Shown here: one piece after another, positions 48,551 to 58,326 of the stretch
Numbering within the stretch: position 1 is the stretch's first letter
Layout: the number at the start of each line of letters is the position of its first letter
DNA from: an uncultured virus (IMG/VR IMGVR_UViG_3300025133_000082)
Taxonomy: Duplodnaviria > Heunggongvirae > Uroviricota > Caudoviricetes
Reading direction: 5' to 3' (one strand)
IMG/VR virus record: IMGVR_UViG_3300025133_000082
DNA: 64,000 nucleotides
Notes under the pieces: model-generated
Database searches by the model: none
The model's input: only the letters and a program-made list of their open reading frames with translations
Told to the model about the DNA's origin: nothing
Position numbers and translations under genes: made by a program

Positions 48551-50454
48551 TAAATACCTCCTCTAAAAGAGAGGTTAAATTGTTCATCGAGTAGATTACC
48601 GTCTGCGCCTATCGGAGCCACAATGATCTCATGAGGCTTCGCATCTATATTCCCTAGATAATCGTCTAGAGAAAAGTCCCAGAGGTCGCCCTGTTGAGGA
48701 ACAGTCGCCCCCGTAGTTATCGTTATGGAGAATTGAACTAACTCAGGAGCTTGATTGTTCTGAGGATTACTAATGTACCTCGTCACCGTCTCTTCTATAC
48801 CCGCAGTAAAGATTTGATCTGCACCCAGACTCGTTTGAACATAAGAACCGCTAGAGGTTAAAAGTTTGAAAGTATTAGCCCCTAACCATACGACTCTATA
48901 AGTCTCGGATCTCGTTTGTATATTTATCCCTGTGATCTCCATCAAAGAGTTATCAAAAGCGTCTTCAGAACCAGATAGCCTCCTTAAAGAAGGTATCCTG
49001 TGGAACGCGGTGACATCTAAATAGTCTACCCCTTGAGTGTTCTCAATGGCTTGGATCACTGCGGATAATGGTAACCCTTCTCCAAACTCATCAGTGACAT
49101 TAGAGAATAAATCCTGAAGAGATAATTCTACTCCAAACTCAACGCCATCTCTCAACATATTAGGGTAAACATGAATGATCGCCTCAAAATAAGGATTGAT
49201 CGCTGTAGGTGCTATGACCTCTAATTTAGTCGGGACAGGCATTCTCTGAGAGACATACCTACCTACAACCCCTATTGCCCCCCAACCCGCGTTAAGATTA
49301 GAATACCACCTACCTGTAGGAATCGGATTGTTACCCTCTGTAGCCACATATAAATTAACCTCTATTGGCGCGTCTCCTCTACTCGCCCTCGCTGACCTCA
49401 CACCTACGGAGGGTGTACTCTTTGCGATAGTCTCAAAGTCCCCAAGAGTAACAGCACGATCAAGAGCGCGAAGCGATAACGGCCCGTTCTTCTTGGCTGT
49501 CTCTACTGACTCTGGATTAACACCCCCAGACGGCTGACTTAGATTGTAAACAGAGGAAACCCCGATAACAGAGTCATACTTGATGATGCTCCCGACACCC
49601 GCTCTGTTTGTCTCTGCCCCACCATCGATCCGATACGATACAAGGATAACACCTCCTATCGTTGGGATCTTTCCGTTTACCCCATCACCAAAAGTGATCG
49701 TAACCTCTTCGGTCGAGAGGAATTTATAAACAAAAACCTCTGAAGTAGGCTCTGTACCTAGAAAAGAGGTCTTACCTTCCCATGTATTCCCATTAACCGT
49801 TAAAGAGACTGCGCTTCCATCAACGGGATCTAAACATACAGGAGACGATGAGAGTAGGAAAGACTGGTCAGGTTCTCCGTTTGAAACCCCTAGACCCTCA
49901 CTTACAAGTGAACCTCCTGTGAAGATTAGAGAATCATTAGTGCTAAACGTCTCTCCACTAAATGTCCTTTGCGCCTTACTTAATTCGTAAGAGACACAAT
50001 AAGACCCCAAAGCACCTAATAGTACAGGTGCGTTAAGCTGATAACTCAACGAACCTACCGCCTCATTAGAATCAGTCCTTACCGTAAAACCAGATGGTAG
50101 TAAGACATTATTGAGATTCGTTCTGATGATCATACCTACAGTCGCAGGAGACGCAGGACTTAACTCATAACCAATCAATCTTAATAGATCGACAACCGCC
50201 TCTCTTGTCTGTGCGGAGGCTAAATAAGACTCATTCTGCGCCCTATCAATTCCATAACTTAAAACGTCACCGAGATAAGCCACTGCTTCAAGAATCGTAA
50301 CTCCAATATCGCTTGGCTCTCGATCCGTCCACAAAGGATTTAATTTAGTCGCTAGAAGTAATAATTCATCCCTTATAGAAGAGAAGTCCCTAGTCGTATA
50401 GTCGATTTGTATAGGTAACCCACCTAATGATGATGGCTCTGGGCGAAGGGGCAT
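48550..50454 (-). CDS. baseplate wedge protein (gpJ/T4 gp6-like)
   Basis: IDYT.RDF..IR, WTD...SD.GV.ILE, FGDGVNGKIP, GG...ES, RAVT..DFE. Confidence 0.9.
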   Translation of the reverse strand: MPLRPEPSSLGGLPIQIDYTTRDFSSIRDELLLLATKLNPLWTDREPSDIGVTILEAVAYLGDVLSYGIDRAQNESYLASAQTREAVVDLLRLIGYELSPASPATVGMIIRTNLNNVLLPSGFTVRTDSNEAVGSLSYQLNAPVLLGALGSYCVSYELSKAQRTFSGETFSTNDSLIFTGGSLVSEGLGVSNGEPDQSFLLSSSPVCLDPVDGSAVSLTVNGNTWEGKTSFLGTEPTSEVFVYKFLSTEEVTITFGDGVNGKIPTIGGVILVSYRIDGGAETNRAGVGSIIKYDSVIGVSSVYNLSQPSGGVNPESVETAKKNGPLSLRALDRAVTLGDFETIAKSTPSVGVRSARASRGDAPIEVNLYVATEGNNPIPTGRWYSNLNAGWGAIGVVGRYVSQRMPVPTKLEVIAPTAINPYFEAIIHVYPNMLRDGVEFGVELSLQDLFSNVTDEFGEGLPLSAVIQAIENTQGVDYLDVTAFHRIPSLRRLSGSEDAFDNSLMEITGINIQTRSETYRVVWLGANTFKLLTSSGSYVQTSLGADQIFTAGIEETVTRYISNPQNNQAPELVQFSITITTGATVPQQGDLWDFSLDDYLGNIDAKPHEIIVAPIGADGNLLDEQFNLSFRGGI

Positions 50455-50457
50455 AAT

Positions 50458-50826
50458 CTACTCCTCTACGATTAGTGAAAGATCGTGGTACTCTGTACCT
50501 GTGTCTATTTTAAAGGTCATATTAATTAATAACTTACCTTTATCTGTGGGAGTCAAATCAACGGAGATAACACTGACCCTCGATTCGGATAACTCAACAC
50601 CTGTTCTTATGTAGTTTTGTAACTCTTGTCCACTCTGAGAATCTATCGATTTAAAGAGGTATAAATAACCAAGACTACCAACATTAGGCGACATAACGCG
50701 CTCACCCATAGAGGTGAGAATAATCGCTTTTATGTTGTCTTTTATCTTATCAATACCCGTTGACTCTATAAAAGAACCTCTGGGGCCAATTCTAAGCGGA
50801 AAACTTAATCCTTTTAGTATCGCCAT
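50458..50826 (-). CDS. baseplate gpW/gp25-family protein
   Basis: GLSFP, I..I.LT..GERVM.P..G, ESRV. Confidence 0.9.
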   Translation of the reverse strand: MAILKGLSFPLRIGPRGSFIESTGIDKIKDNIKAIILTSMGERVMSPNVGSLGYLYLFKSIDSQSGQELQNYIRTGVELSESRVSVISVDLTPTDKGKLLINMTFKIDTGTEYHDLSLIVEE

Positions 50827-50829
50827 AGT

Positions 50830-52080
50830 TTATTCCTCTCTCTGAGTCCATTGGGTTTTACCACGCCTGATCTCTACGAACTTATTATAGTTCTCTTGAG
50901 TCCTACCCGTTCCGCCTTCAAGATCTTCTTTTAGATCTTCTCCTGCGATCATATTAATAATAGTTTGGATACGAGAAAATTCAGTATCTACGCCTGCTTG
51001 TATGTGCATAGCTACACCGCCCCCAAAACTATATTCCTGTCCCAATTGTCGAGAGGTGTTTAGGATATTCTCTCCTGTACTCTTTAAAAGAATATCCTTC
51101 TCATATGTCTCCGACTTTGGATAAGAAGGGTGAAGAGGGGCATTGATAACTGCCCTCCCAAAGTCCTCACTGTCCCCTTTACCAGCACAAATAAACAACG
51201 CTAGAGGAGAACCAAAAGTAAAGAAGTCTATCAAAGACGCGATAGTCGAGATTAATTGAGTAGCAAGTTCTGTTATCCGAGATATACGGAGATTAACGGT
51301 ACGAATTATCTCATTGATCTTATCAAAAAAACCTTTAAGTGTAGATAACTGAAGGAGAGTCTCTGTTAATCCATACAGTAACTTTTTAAAAATAGGTATG
51401 TCAGAAAGAGCATATGTCTTTCCCCAATCAGGAGCCATACCAGAACCACCCCCCTCCACCCTAAACTCTAAATCCGTAAAGGGGTCATTCAATTTACCTA
51501 GACCCATCAGGTCATCACTAAGGCCGTCAAACCCCCTAAACTTCTTTAGAATATTATCAAAAACTTCCATCAAAGCATTAAGATCAGGTAACGACCATAT
51601 ACCTACAACCACCGCACCATGACCGTCCTTATTTAATATAGGTCTATTATTGTCCTCTTTATCGAGATATGACATACCGATGTCGTACAAAATCTCGTTT
51701 GGCCTTCTTCTAGATTTAGGTGACGTAGGGAAGTGGTAAAGAAACGATAACGAAGTCCCCTGTAACAATTCTATTAATTGCTCAAGGATCTCGTTCACTA
51801 AAATGTAAACCCCCTGAAGAACGTCTACTGAGATCCTCAGAACTAATGCCAAAAGATCTACAGCACTACTAAGTAAATCAACCACTCCCTGCAATACCGC
51901 TAACCCCGTTAAGATTCCCTCACTTGCAGTCTCTATTATTTCAGGGATCGGAGATAACTTTTCTCTTATCTGTTCTTCAGTTAGACCCCGTACCCATTTT
52001 AGTTCAAAGTCTGATGGGAGAGCCTCTACAGCACTCTCAATATCATCTTCTCTTGTTAATCCTCTTTGACTTGTGGGCAT
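50830..52080 (-). CDS. helical hypothetical protein in the baseplate operon
   Basis: 416 aa with long amphipathic helices. Confidence 0.75.
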   Translation of the reverse strand: MPTSQRGLTREDDIESAVEALPSDFELKWVRGLTEEQIREKLSPIPEIIETASEGILTGLAVLQGVVDLLSSAVDLLALVLRISVDVLQGVYILVNEILEQLIELLQGTSLSFLYHFPTSPKSRRRPNEILYDIGMSYLDKEDNNRPILNKDGHGAVVVGIWSLPDLNALMEVFDNILKKFRGFDGLSDDLMGLGKLNDPFTDLEFRVEGGGSGMAPDWGKTYALSDIPIFKKLLYGLTETLLQLSTLKGFFDKINEIIRTVNLRISRITELATQLISTIASLIDFFTFGSPLALFICAGKGDSEDFGRAVINAPLHPSYPKSETYEKDILLKSTGENILNTSRQLGQEYSFGGGVAMHIQAGVDTEFSRIQTIINMIAGEDLKEDLEGGTGRTQENYNKFVEIRRGKTQWTQREE

Positions 52081-52399
52081 TGGTGATCTCTCTTGCTAAT
52101 TGTGCTTTTATCATTGTCTTTGCGTGGTGGGTTTCTTTTTTTATTGAGGCCCAAGTGATAAAGTCTAATGTGTCTACTGCGGTAGATTTAACTAATGAAG
52201 AATCTCCTGTCCCGCTTTCAAGAAGAGTTTTAAAATCCTCAAGACCTTCTTTTAATTTTACCATAAATTCTTCTTTTGTTTGGCCTTTCTTATCCCAAGG
52301 AGTGATTAACCCCTTATCTAACCCTGTTATTAACTCCCCAACCTTCTCCTCTATATCGTTAATAGACTCTGTAGTTTTTGGAGTATTTTCTTCACTCAT
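52043..52399 (-). CDS. hypothetical protein
   Basis: 118 aa, acidic N-terminus and basic C-terminus. Confidence 0.65.
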   Translation of the reverse strand: MSEENTPKTTESINDIEEKVGELITGLDKGLITPWDKKGQTKEEFMVKLKEGLEDFKTLLESGTGDSSLVKSTAVDTLDFITWASIKKETHHAKTMIKAQLAREITNAHKSKRINKRR

Positions 52400-52426
52400 C
52401 GCTGTGCCTTTTTTGTTGAAAAGTCA

Positions 52427-53245
52427 TTAATTATACACAATATGTTTGTCGATAAAATTAAGAACCGCTTCCTTTAACTCCCCAAACCATCTTAGATCAA
52501 TATCGAAGAAGTCTAAATAGATCCACCGACAATCTGTCCAAACCGTATATGAGATTAACCATAGAGCGTACACAAATATTATGAAACCTAAGACCTGTTT
52601 TAAAAACCTTAAATAATCAGAACCACTCCAGTCCGTCCCCCATTTCGGTTTATTTACTCTTTTGACCTTCTCATTCTCTTTCGGAAGGGTAAAGTCAGAA
52701 GATTTAAACCCTACAGCGTGAATCATCATAGGGTTCTTAACTCCTTTTAGACGATAACTCCCCAAATTCTTAAAATGAGCACCCTTTGGAGTAAAGGAAT
52801 TAAGACGGTTCTCAGATGCCCTTCTCGCAGAGGTTGAGAGTAACACCTGACCTCCACTAGCCAAACTCATTATTCTTGCGCCTATCGGCTTCGCAAGACC
52901 CTCTACCTCTATTCTCTTCGCTCCTTGGTCGACATAGATCTTCTTATTCTTCTTTAGTACCACTTCTCCCCAATGTATTCCGATTCTCGCCTTAAACCCT
53001 GTCCTTGCAGGGATTGATTGGTGGTAGGCGAGTGCAAAGTTCACTGCATCTATCGTTCGATCAAAGATCACTAAGAACCCATCCGTCTTATCAATCTCGA
53101 TACCGTTAAATCGATAGATCATAGTCCTTACCAATTTATCATGATAAAAGAAAACCTGTGCTGATCTTCGACTCCCTACCCTCTCAATAAAACGAGTAGA
53201 ATCAACTACGTCTAAGAGTAGGAGAGCTTTTAAAGAGGTTTCCAT
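52427..53245 (-). CDS. class III nucleotide cyclase-like protein with C-terminal TM
   Basis: LLDVVDST, IDKTDGFL..F, ARIGIHWGEV, GARIMSLA.GGQVLLS, LG.YRLKGV..P; TM VLGFIIFVYALWLISY. Confidence 0.85.
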   Translation of the reverse strand: METSLKALLLLDVVDSTRFIERVGSRRSAQVFFYHDKLVRTMIYRFNGIEIDKTDGFLVIFDRTIDAVNFALAYHQSIPARTGFKARIGIHWGEVVLKKNKKIYVDQGAKRIEVEGLAKPIGARIMSLASGGQVLLSTSARRASENRLNSFTPKGAHFKNLGSYRLKGVKNPMMIHAVGFKSSDFTLPKENEKVKRVNKPKWGTDWSGSDYLRFLKQVLGFIIFVYALWLISYTVWTDCRWIYLDFFDIDLRWFGELKEAVLNFIDKHIVYN

Positions 53246-53556
53246 TACTTCTCTACTTTAGCCTGTAATTGTGCAACCGTAACCTTTAAAGCGTTTAAGT
53301 CCTCCCAGATCTTAATTCGTCCATCCCTACATTGAGTCCCTATCTCTGTGTTCTTCTCAATGTAGGTATTAACTTTTTTTTCAATAGAGTCCTCTAACGC
53401 ATCTAACTTCTTCTCTTGTTGTTCGTTTAATTGAACTGCACTGGCTAGGTCGCTCTTAATACTATTTATAAGCGAAGAGATATACCAAATCACGCCTATA
53501 ACAGACCCTAAGATGGATATAACCTGAATCAACATCTCTACAGTGATAGTCATCAT
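53245..53556 (-). CDS. N-terminal TM + coiled-coil protein
   Basis: Hydrophobic residues 8-30 then heptads; its stop overlaps the cyclase start. Confidence 0.7.
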   Translation of the reverse strand: MMTITVEMLIQVISILGSVIGVIWYISSLINSIKSDLASAVQLNEQQEKKLDALEDSIEKKVNTYIEKNTEIGTQCRDGRIKIWEDLNALKVTVAQLQAKVEK

Positions 53557-53588
53557 GACCTCCTATTTTATCGCTAGTATACAATAAT

Positions 53589-53918
53589 TTAAGAGATTGT
53601 ACCTACACCTGTTCCTGTACCCGTACCACCACCTGTTATTGGGACAGTGTTCGATTGTGCGACCGCAGTACCTTGGACATTAACAGTCGCAGGAGGGTGT
53701 AAGGTAGTTAGATTCGTATTCACAGTCGAACTAACCACTGCTCCTGTTGTAAGCCAAAGATGGATCGCTTGAGCGTATCCCTGCGCTCTCTGTGCGATAG
53801 AGGCTTTAGTTACAGGATCAATCACAGGAGGTACTCCGTTTTGAGTGTATGATTGGAGAATTAAAGTTTCATCTACTGCGATTAATGCCGTTGCTAAGGC
53901 TTCGGGGACAAGTGCCAT
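53589..53918 (-). CDS. small structural protein (possible spike tip)
   Basis: Follows the spike gene; T/G-rich end GTGTGTGVGTIS. Confidence 0.55.
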   Translation of the reverse strand: MALVPEALATALIAVDETLILQSYTQNGVPPVIDPVTKASIAQRAQGYAQAIHLWLTTGAVVSSTVNTNLTTLHPPATVNVQGTAVAQSNTVPITGGGTGTGTGVGTIS

Positions 53919-53930
53919 ATCTATTCTCCT

Positions 53931-55325
53931 TTAAACTTTTGAAAGAAAAACTGACTCACTTAGAATCAGTGGCTGTGTTGGTGCGGGTACTGTTAAAAAT
54001 GTAGATTGTGCGGTAGTCAATGCGACATTGGCTAAAATTGAAGACGCTTGAAGAACAGGATTAGGCCCACCAAACCCTGTAGTCACCCCTCCCGATAACT
54101 GAAGCGTGGTGAAGAAGGTCTGTAAAGTACTCACGAGAGTGTTTAAGAATAAATTTAATTGTAGACCCATTACAGCAGGCTCTTTTGTAAGAGGTACAGG
54201 CCCAAGACCTAGTGTTACAGTCCTAAGAGCAGGAGTCAAATTACCTAAATAAACTTGACCCCCTAAACCCCCTCTCGCCTCTACACCGTATACAGAGATG
54301 TTCTGAGTAGGATCTCCAGAGATAAACTTACTCGTACCGCCCGTTCCGACAATCGTACAAGACTCAGATACATACATTGGTTCAGGGATAGAGAGAGCGT
54401 TATTAAAGTTTAAATAACCCGTACCCGCGCCCACAAACTCAAAATCTCCAAAAGAAGATAGACTAAAATCACCGCCTGCGTTTACCTCAAATAGATTCGC
54501 TAAGGTAGCAGTCAAACCCCCACCCGTTAAGTTTATATTGTCCTTTATCGTTACAGAACAATTACTCGCAGAATGAGTCTGTGACCTCTTAATCTTTGTA
54601 GTGACATCACCATTCAAAATTGTTGAAAAGTCACCATCTACCTGTGAACTAACTGCACCTGAGATCTGTTGTCTCTTATCACCTGCAATAACCTCTACAG
54701 TGTTGGTCGAGCGCGTTCTGATATTCCCCTCCGCGATTATATTAACCGTCCCGTCTGGGAGTATCTCTATATGAGAACCCTTAGAGTGAAAGATCTGAAC
54801 CCTCTCTCCACCCTCAGTGTCATCAAGTTCAAGCATATGACCCGCAGGAGTTCTGATGATGGTGACCTCTCCATACTCCGCTTCATAAGAAGACGCAGGT
54901 ACTCCGAAGCTCCCCTTCATCCCATAATCACTACCATCATAATCAGCGCGACCATGAGCAGGCACAGGTGAGGATTCTAATTGATACTCTGAAGACTCCT
55001 CAATCGCAGAACCGTCCGTAGAGTGACCATCAGTAATCTCGTCATAAAAACCCCCTACAAATATCGGATGCTCTACCATCCCCTCCTCACACTCTATCCA
55101 AACTAAAGAGCCGATGGGAGGTACGCTAAAGAATCCAGAATCTCTGCCCCCATACATAGGGAAACAGGGAGTAGCCCAAGGACTCACACCTGTACCATAT
55201 AACTCTACGTTCTCTACTCGGATTCGCCCTAACTTCTTAGGGTCTTGATTCTCAGCAACCCTCGCCCTGCGCTTCCCATAAAAACGATTATAATACTTGT
55301 CTTCGTACTCGGATAAATGAAGCAT
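53931..55325 (-). CDS. baseplate central spike (gpV/gp5/VgrG OB fold)
   Basis: FYGK.R..V..NQDP.KLGRIRV, WA.PC, PPIGS.VWI..E.G, TPAGH.LELDDT.G.ER. Confidence 0.92.
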   Translation of the reverse strand: MLHLSEYEDKYYNRFYGKRRARVAENQDPKKLGRIRVENVELYGTGVSPWATPCFPMYGGRDSGFFSVPPIGSLVWIECEEGMVEHPIFVGGFYDEITDGHSTDGSAIEESSEYQLESSPVPAHGRADYDGSDYGMKGSFGVPASSYEAEYGEVTIIRTPAGHMLELDDTEGGERVQIFHSKGSHIEILPDGTVNIIAEGNIRTRSTNTVEVIAGDKRQQISGAVSSQVDGDFSTILNGDVTTKIKRSQTHSASNCSVTIKDNINLTGGGLTATLANLFEVNAGGDFSLSSFGDFEFVGAGTGYLNFNNALSIPEPMYVSESCTIVGTGGTSKFISGDPTQNISVYGVEARGGLGGQVYLGNLTPALRTVTLGLGPVPLTKEPAVMGLQLNLFLNTLVSTLQTFFTTLQLSGGVTTGFGGPNPVLQASSILANVALTTAQSTFLTVPAPTQPLILSESVFLSKV

Positions 55326-55343
55326 AACTAACTCTCCTCAAAC

Positions 55344-57500
55344 TCAGGAAAAGGATGTGTTCAATCGTGAAGTATTCCCCGTTAGTAAATCTTCACTCTC
55401 TTTCAGTACAAAAGCTGTCTTCTTCTTCTCGATTTTAGGTTCCGCGTCACCCTTTTTTCTAGTCTTAGAAGAAGGACTTCCCCCAGCCCTTCCACCATAA
55501 CGATCTACAGTCTTCGAGGTCGCCTTCTTCGCAACTACCTTTGTATGAAACCCACTAACATCAATCGTATGCTCTTCGCTAGATATAGAGTAATAACCAT
55601 CGACTAAACTGTATAAATCAACAATCTCTAAAAGACGACCCACTCTTAATGTCCAATCTCCTACCTTCGTCTTCACACTTATAGAGGTCACGATCTTACC
55701 TGAAGACATTTTTCTTGAAGAGTTCCCCTGACCCGAAGGTTTATTCTCGCCACGAGCTTTCCCGTCTTGAGTCGTAGGTGCATTATCCCTATCTTCTCCT
55801 TGTTGGTAAAGAGACTTCCCCCCAGATTCCTTTTTTGGTTTCTCTTTACCCTTCTCACGATAATTCTCTAAAACTATCCTAGATGTTTTACTATCAACTT
55901 TTTCTACCTTAATCCTATTAGTTTTACTATGATTGATTGCTTGGTTTCTCATTTTCACGATATGGGCATAAGTCTCAGGGTCTGATCTAAAATAATCGTG
56001 ATCTTCGTTAAGTGCGATTGTACTCTCGTTAAGAATCGACCTTTTTGGGACATTCGCACTCGTCTCTACAACCCATTCCATTTCGGGTTCGGTCGTAACC
56101 GTAGTAGTGACAGGTTCAACTTCTTCCTTCTTCTCGACTTTAACGGCATTAGGGTCTGTTAATGTCCATATTTTGACTTTTATTTTGTCTTCACTAACGA
56201 AACTTAGGACTTTTATTACCTTATTAGATCGAGGCGATAATTCAAGAAAAGTTTCCTTACTAATCTCTCTAGTTTCACTTTCTACAGTGCGCTTACCTAC
56301 ATTAACTTCCTTAAAAATATGGAATACTTCCCCCGCCCCAACGTCTGCTATTCCCTGAGATCTTTTGTCTCTAGCGTGTACTTCATAATCTTTTTCTTTT
56401 GGGAACGCTTTTCTCGCCTCCTCTATGTTTGAAAAAACAGCCCTAGTATAGGGGAATCCCACCTCGAATATCGAGTTATTTTTCGAGAAAACTCCATGTA
56501 CCAGTTTTAAAAGAGTAGTATTATCCTCGCTTATCTCACCCGTCCCACCTTTTGCTTCTTGACTCAAACCTTTACGATAAGAACCCCTAGAACGCTTTTT
56601 CTTTGGATACTTTTTCGTATATTCAATGGACGCGATTGGAGACGCAGGAAACCCATAAGTCATACGGTAGGCTTTTGCACCCCTCTTTATAAGATCTAAT
56701 TTATAGGGAGAGGCTAATCGAATCTCCTCCCTCTCAGGGTTTACAAAAAAGTCTATTTTATATTTTGTTGATTCTGTCCATACCAATGCCCCAAAGTTTA
56801 GCCCTGCGGTCACAATAGCGTCTTCAGCCTGTCTAACCTGATCTAATTCGTCTTCTAACAATTCCTTATAGTCGACCTTCATCCCAACGACACTCGCTAA
56901 TTGTTCTATTCCAGACTTCCCATACTCCGCAGTGAACACCTCATTCGTATTGGTAGCAGAGAGACGATTACCCGCCTTCCCCTTAACCTTTAAGACCGCT
57001 GTACCCTCTTCAAAGGCAATCTTATGCTCATATACTACGAGGTTAGACCACTTGGTGTGTGCATTCCTATAACCCCATTTTACACTGAAGTTTGCGCCCA
57101 TCTTAAATAGAGTAATCTTGTCTTGAACCTTTAACCCTTTTTTATCCCGATAATCAGGAACATACATCTCAAACTCAACAGTAGGGTACTTCCCTATCTC
57201 ATTCTTTAAAACCACCTTTTTAAGACCTTTTCTCAAAGGCGACACTTCCCAGTGTGGTAGAGGTTGAAAAAATAATAAATCCTCATTGTCTCCTTTAAGA
57301 TTAATCCAGACATAAGGCTCAAGTCGACCCTCTCCAATCATTGCATGAAAAGGCATAGAACCGTTTTGTGAAGTTATCTGTTCTTGGTCAAGAGCAAACC
57401 TCTTTGGTCTATAAACCTCTGTCTTTTTAGGAGAGCTTTTAGGTGGTTGTACTTTAGGTATTACCTTTGTCGGTGACCTTCTCTTAGTCGGCTTACCCAT
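55344..57500 (-). CDS. baseplate hub (gpD/gp27-like) with large charged insertion
   Basis: V.WGY near the N-terminus, GD..LRVGR...DGYY.I....H.I...GF.T C-terminus; upstream of the spike. Confidence 0.75.
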   Translation of the reverse strand: MGKPTKRRSPTKVIPKVQPPKSSPKKTEVYRPKRFALDQEQITSQNGSMPFHAMIGEGRLEPYVWINLKGDNEDLLFFQPLPHWEVSPLRKGLKKVVLKNEIGKYPTVEFEMYVPDYRDKKGLKVQDKITLFKMGANFSVKWGYRNAHTKWSNLVVYEHKIAFEEGTAVLKVKGKAGNRLSATNTNEVFTAEYGKSGIEQLASVVGMKVDYKELLEDELDQVRQAEDAIVTAGLNFGALVWTESTKYKIDFFVNPEREEIRLASPYKLDLIKRGAKAYRMTYGFPASPIASIEYTKKYPKKKRSRGSYRKGLSQEAKGGTGEISEDNTTLLKLVHGVFSKNNSIFEVGFPYTRAVFSNIEEARKAFPKEKDYEVHARDKRSQGIADVGAGEVFHIFKEVNVGKRTVESETREISKETFLELSPRSNKVIKVLSFVSEDKIKVKIWTLTDPNAVKVEKKEEVEPVTTTVTTEPEMEWVVETSANVPKRSILNESTIALNEDHDYFRSDPETYAHIVKMRNQAINHSKTNRIKVEKVDSKTSRIVLENYREKGKEKPKKESGGKSLYQQGEDRDNAPTTQDGKARGENKPSGQGNSSRKMSSGKIVTSISVKTKVGDWTLRVGRLLEIVDLYSLVDGYYSISSEEHTIDVSGFHTKVVAKKATSKTVDRYGGRAGGSPSSKTRKKGDAEPKIEKKKTAFVLKESEDLLTGNTSRLNTSFS

Positions 57501-57837
57501 TTGCGCCCCCAGTGTATGAGAAGACTTCCCTAGATGGAGGTATTATTATGTCATCCCCTTCTTTCAAGGATAAGGGATCTAAGAGAGGATTATAATCCGC
57601 AATAAACCACCAATAACGAGCGTCACCATAGTATTTTAAAGATAACTGATGGAAGTTCTCGCCCTGCTTTAATGTGTGTACTAGCGTCTCTAAGAGGCTC
57701 TTAAAGAACGTAGGGCGAGTGAAGGCTACCATCGTGTTCTTCTTAGGCTGAGAAGAGAGTATTCTGTCCTCTATCGCGTACTCTTCATAATGAAGGAAAC
57801 CGTACTCTTTATATCTTGTAGTTAAATCAAACATCAA
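57493..57837 (-). CDS. LysM-type baseplate protein (gpX/gp53-like)
   Basis: HTLKQGE....LSLKYYGD...WWFIADYN...L..G..IIIP. Confidence 0.85.
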   Translation of the reverse strand: MMFDLTTRYKEYGFLHYEEYAIEDRILSSQPKKNTMVAFTRPTFFKSLLETLVHTLKQGENFHQLSLKYYGDARYWWFIADYNPLLDPLSLKEGDDIIIPPSREVFSYTGGANG

Positions 57838-58317
57838 TCAGCCCCCTATAAAAAACTTTAAATGCTGTACATCCTCACTAATACCTCTTGATGTCTCAAC
57901 AAACTCAATACTCGCTGTGGCATGAATCGGTGTTAAATTACTAACTCTTTCTATCTTTATATCTATAGAAGTAAAGACCCCATACCTATACCCATCAAAT
58001 CCTGCCATATCTAAACTACACATATTTGGCGTGTTCTGTTCATAGTGGTCAAGTCTAGACACACGTTTAGGGAGTAACAGAGTCCTTAAAAAATCGAGTT
58101 TTTTCTGTATCCCTCCATGATGAAACAAGAACAATTCAAAACTAATCGTTGTAGGTTCTACCATTCCGAATTGCGCCAGTGGTAAGACCTGACCCTGACC
58201 CTCGCTCAGATTCCAATTCACTGCCCGTTTCTCGCTATAAGTCGTAGGATTAAAGAGAAACGTCATAGAGTTTTTATCTTCACCTAGTTTTGTGATTGAA
58301 CCTTTAAATTGAATCAT
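57838..58317 (-). CDS. tail tube initiator (CIS tube-like)
   Basis: FLFNPT.Y......NW...QF......ISFELF...PIHAT.SI.F. Confidence 0.8.
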   Translation of the reverse strand: MIQFKGSITKLGEDKNSMTFLFNPTTYSEKRAVNWNLSEGQGQVLPLAQFGMVEPTTISFELFLFHHGGIQKKLDFLRTLLLPKRVSRLDHYEQNTPNMCSLDMAGFDGYRYGVFTSIDIKIERVSNLTPIHATASIEFVETSRGISEDVQHLKFFIGG

Positions 58318-58326
58318 AACTATCTC

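Noticed and set aside
754..54632. Dispersed motif as a codon/peptide artefact or strictly oriented stoperator
   Set aside because: It occurs intergenically and as different peptides from opposite strands; orientation relative to transcription is mixed (6 with, 5 against).
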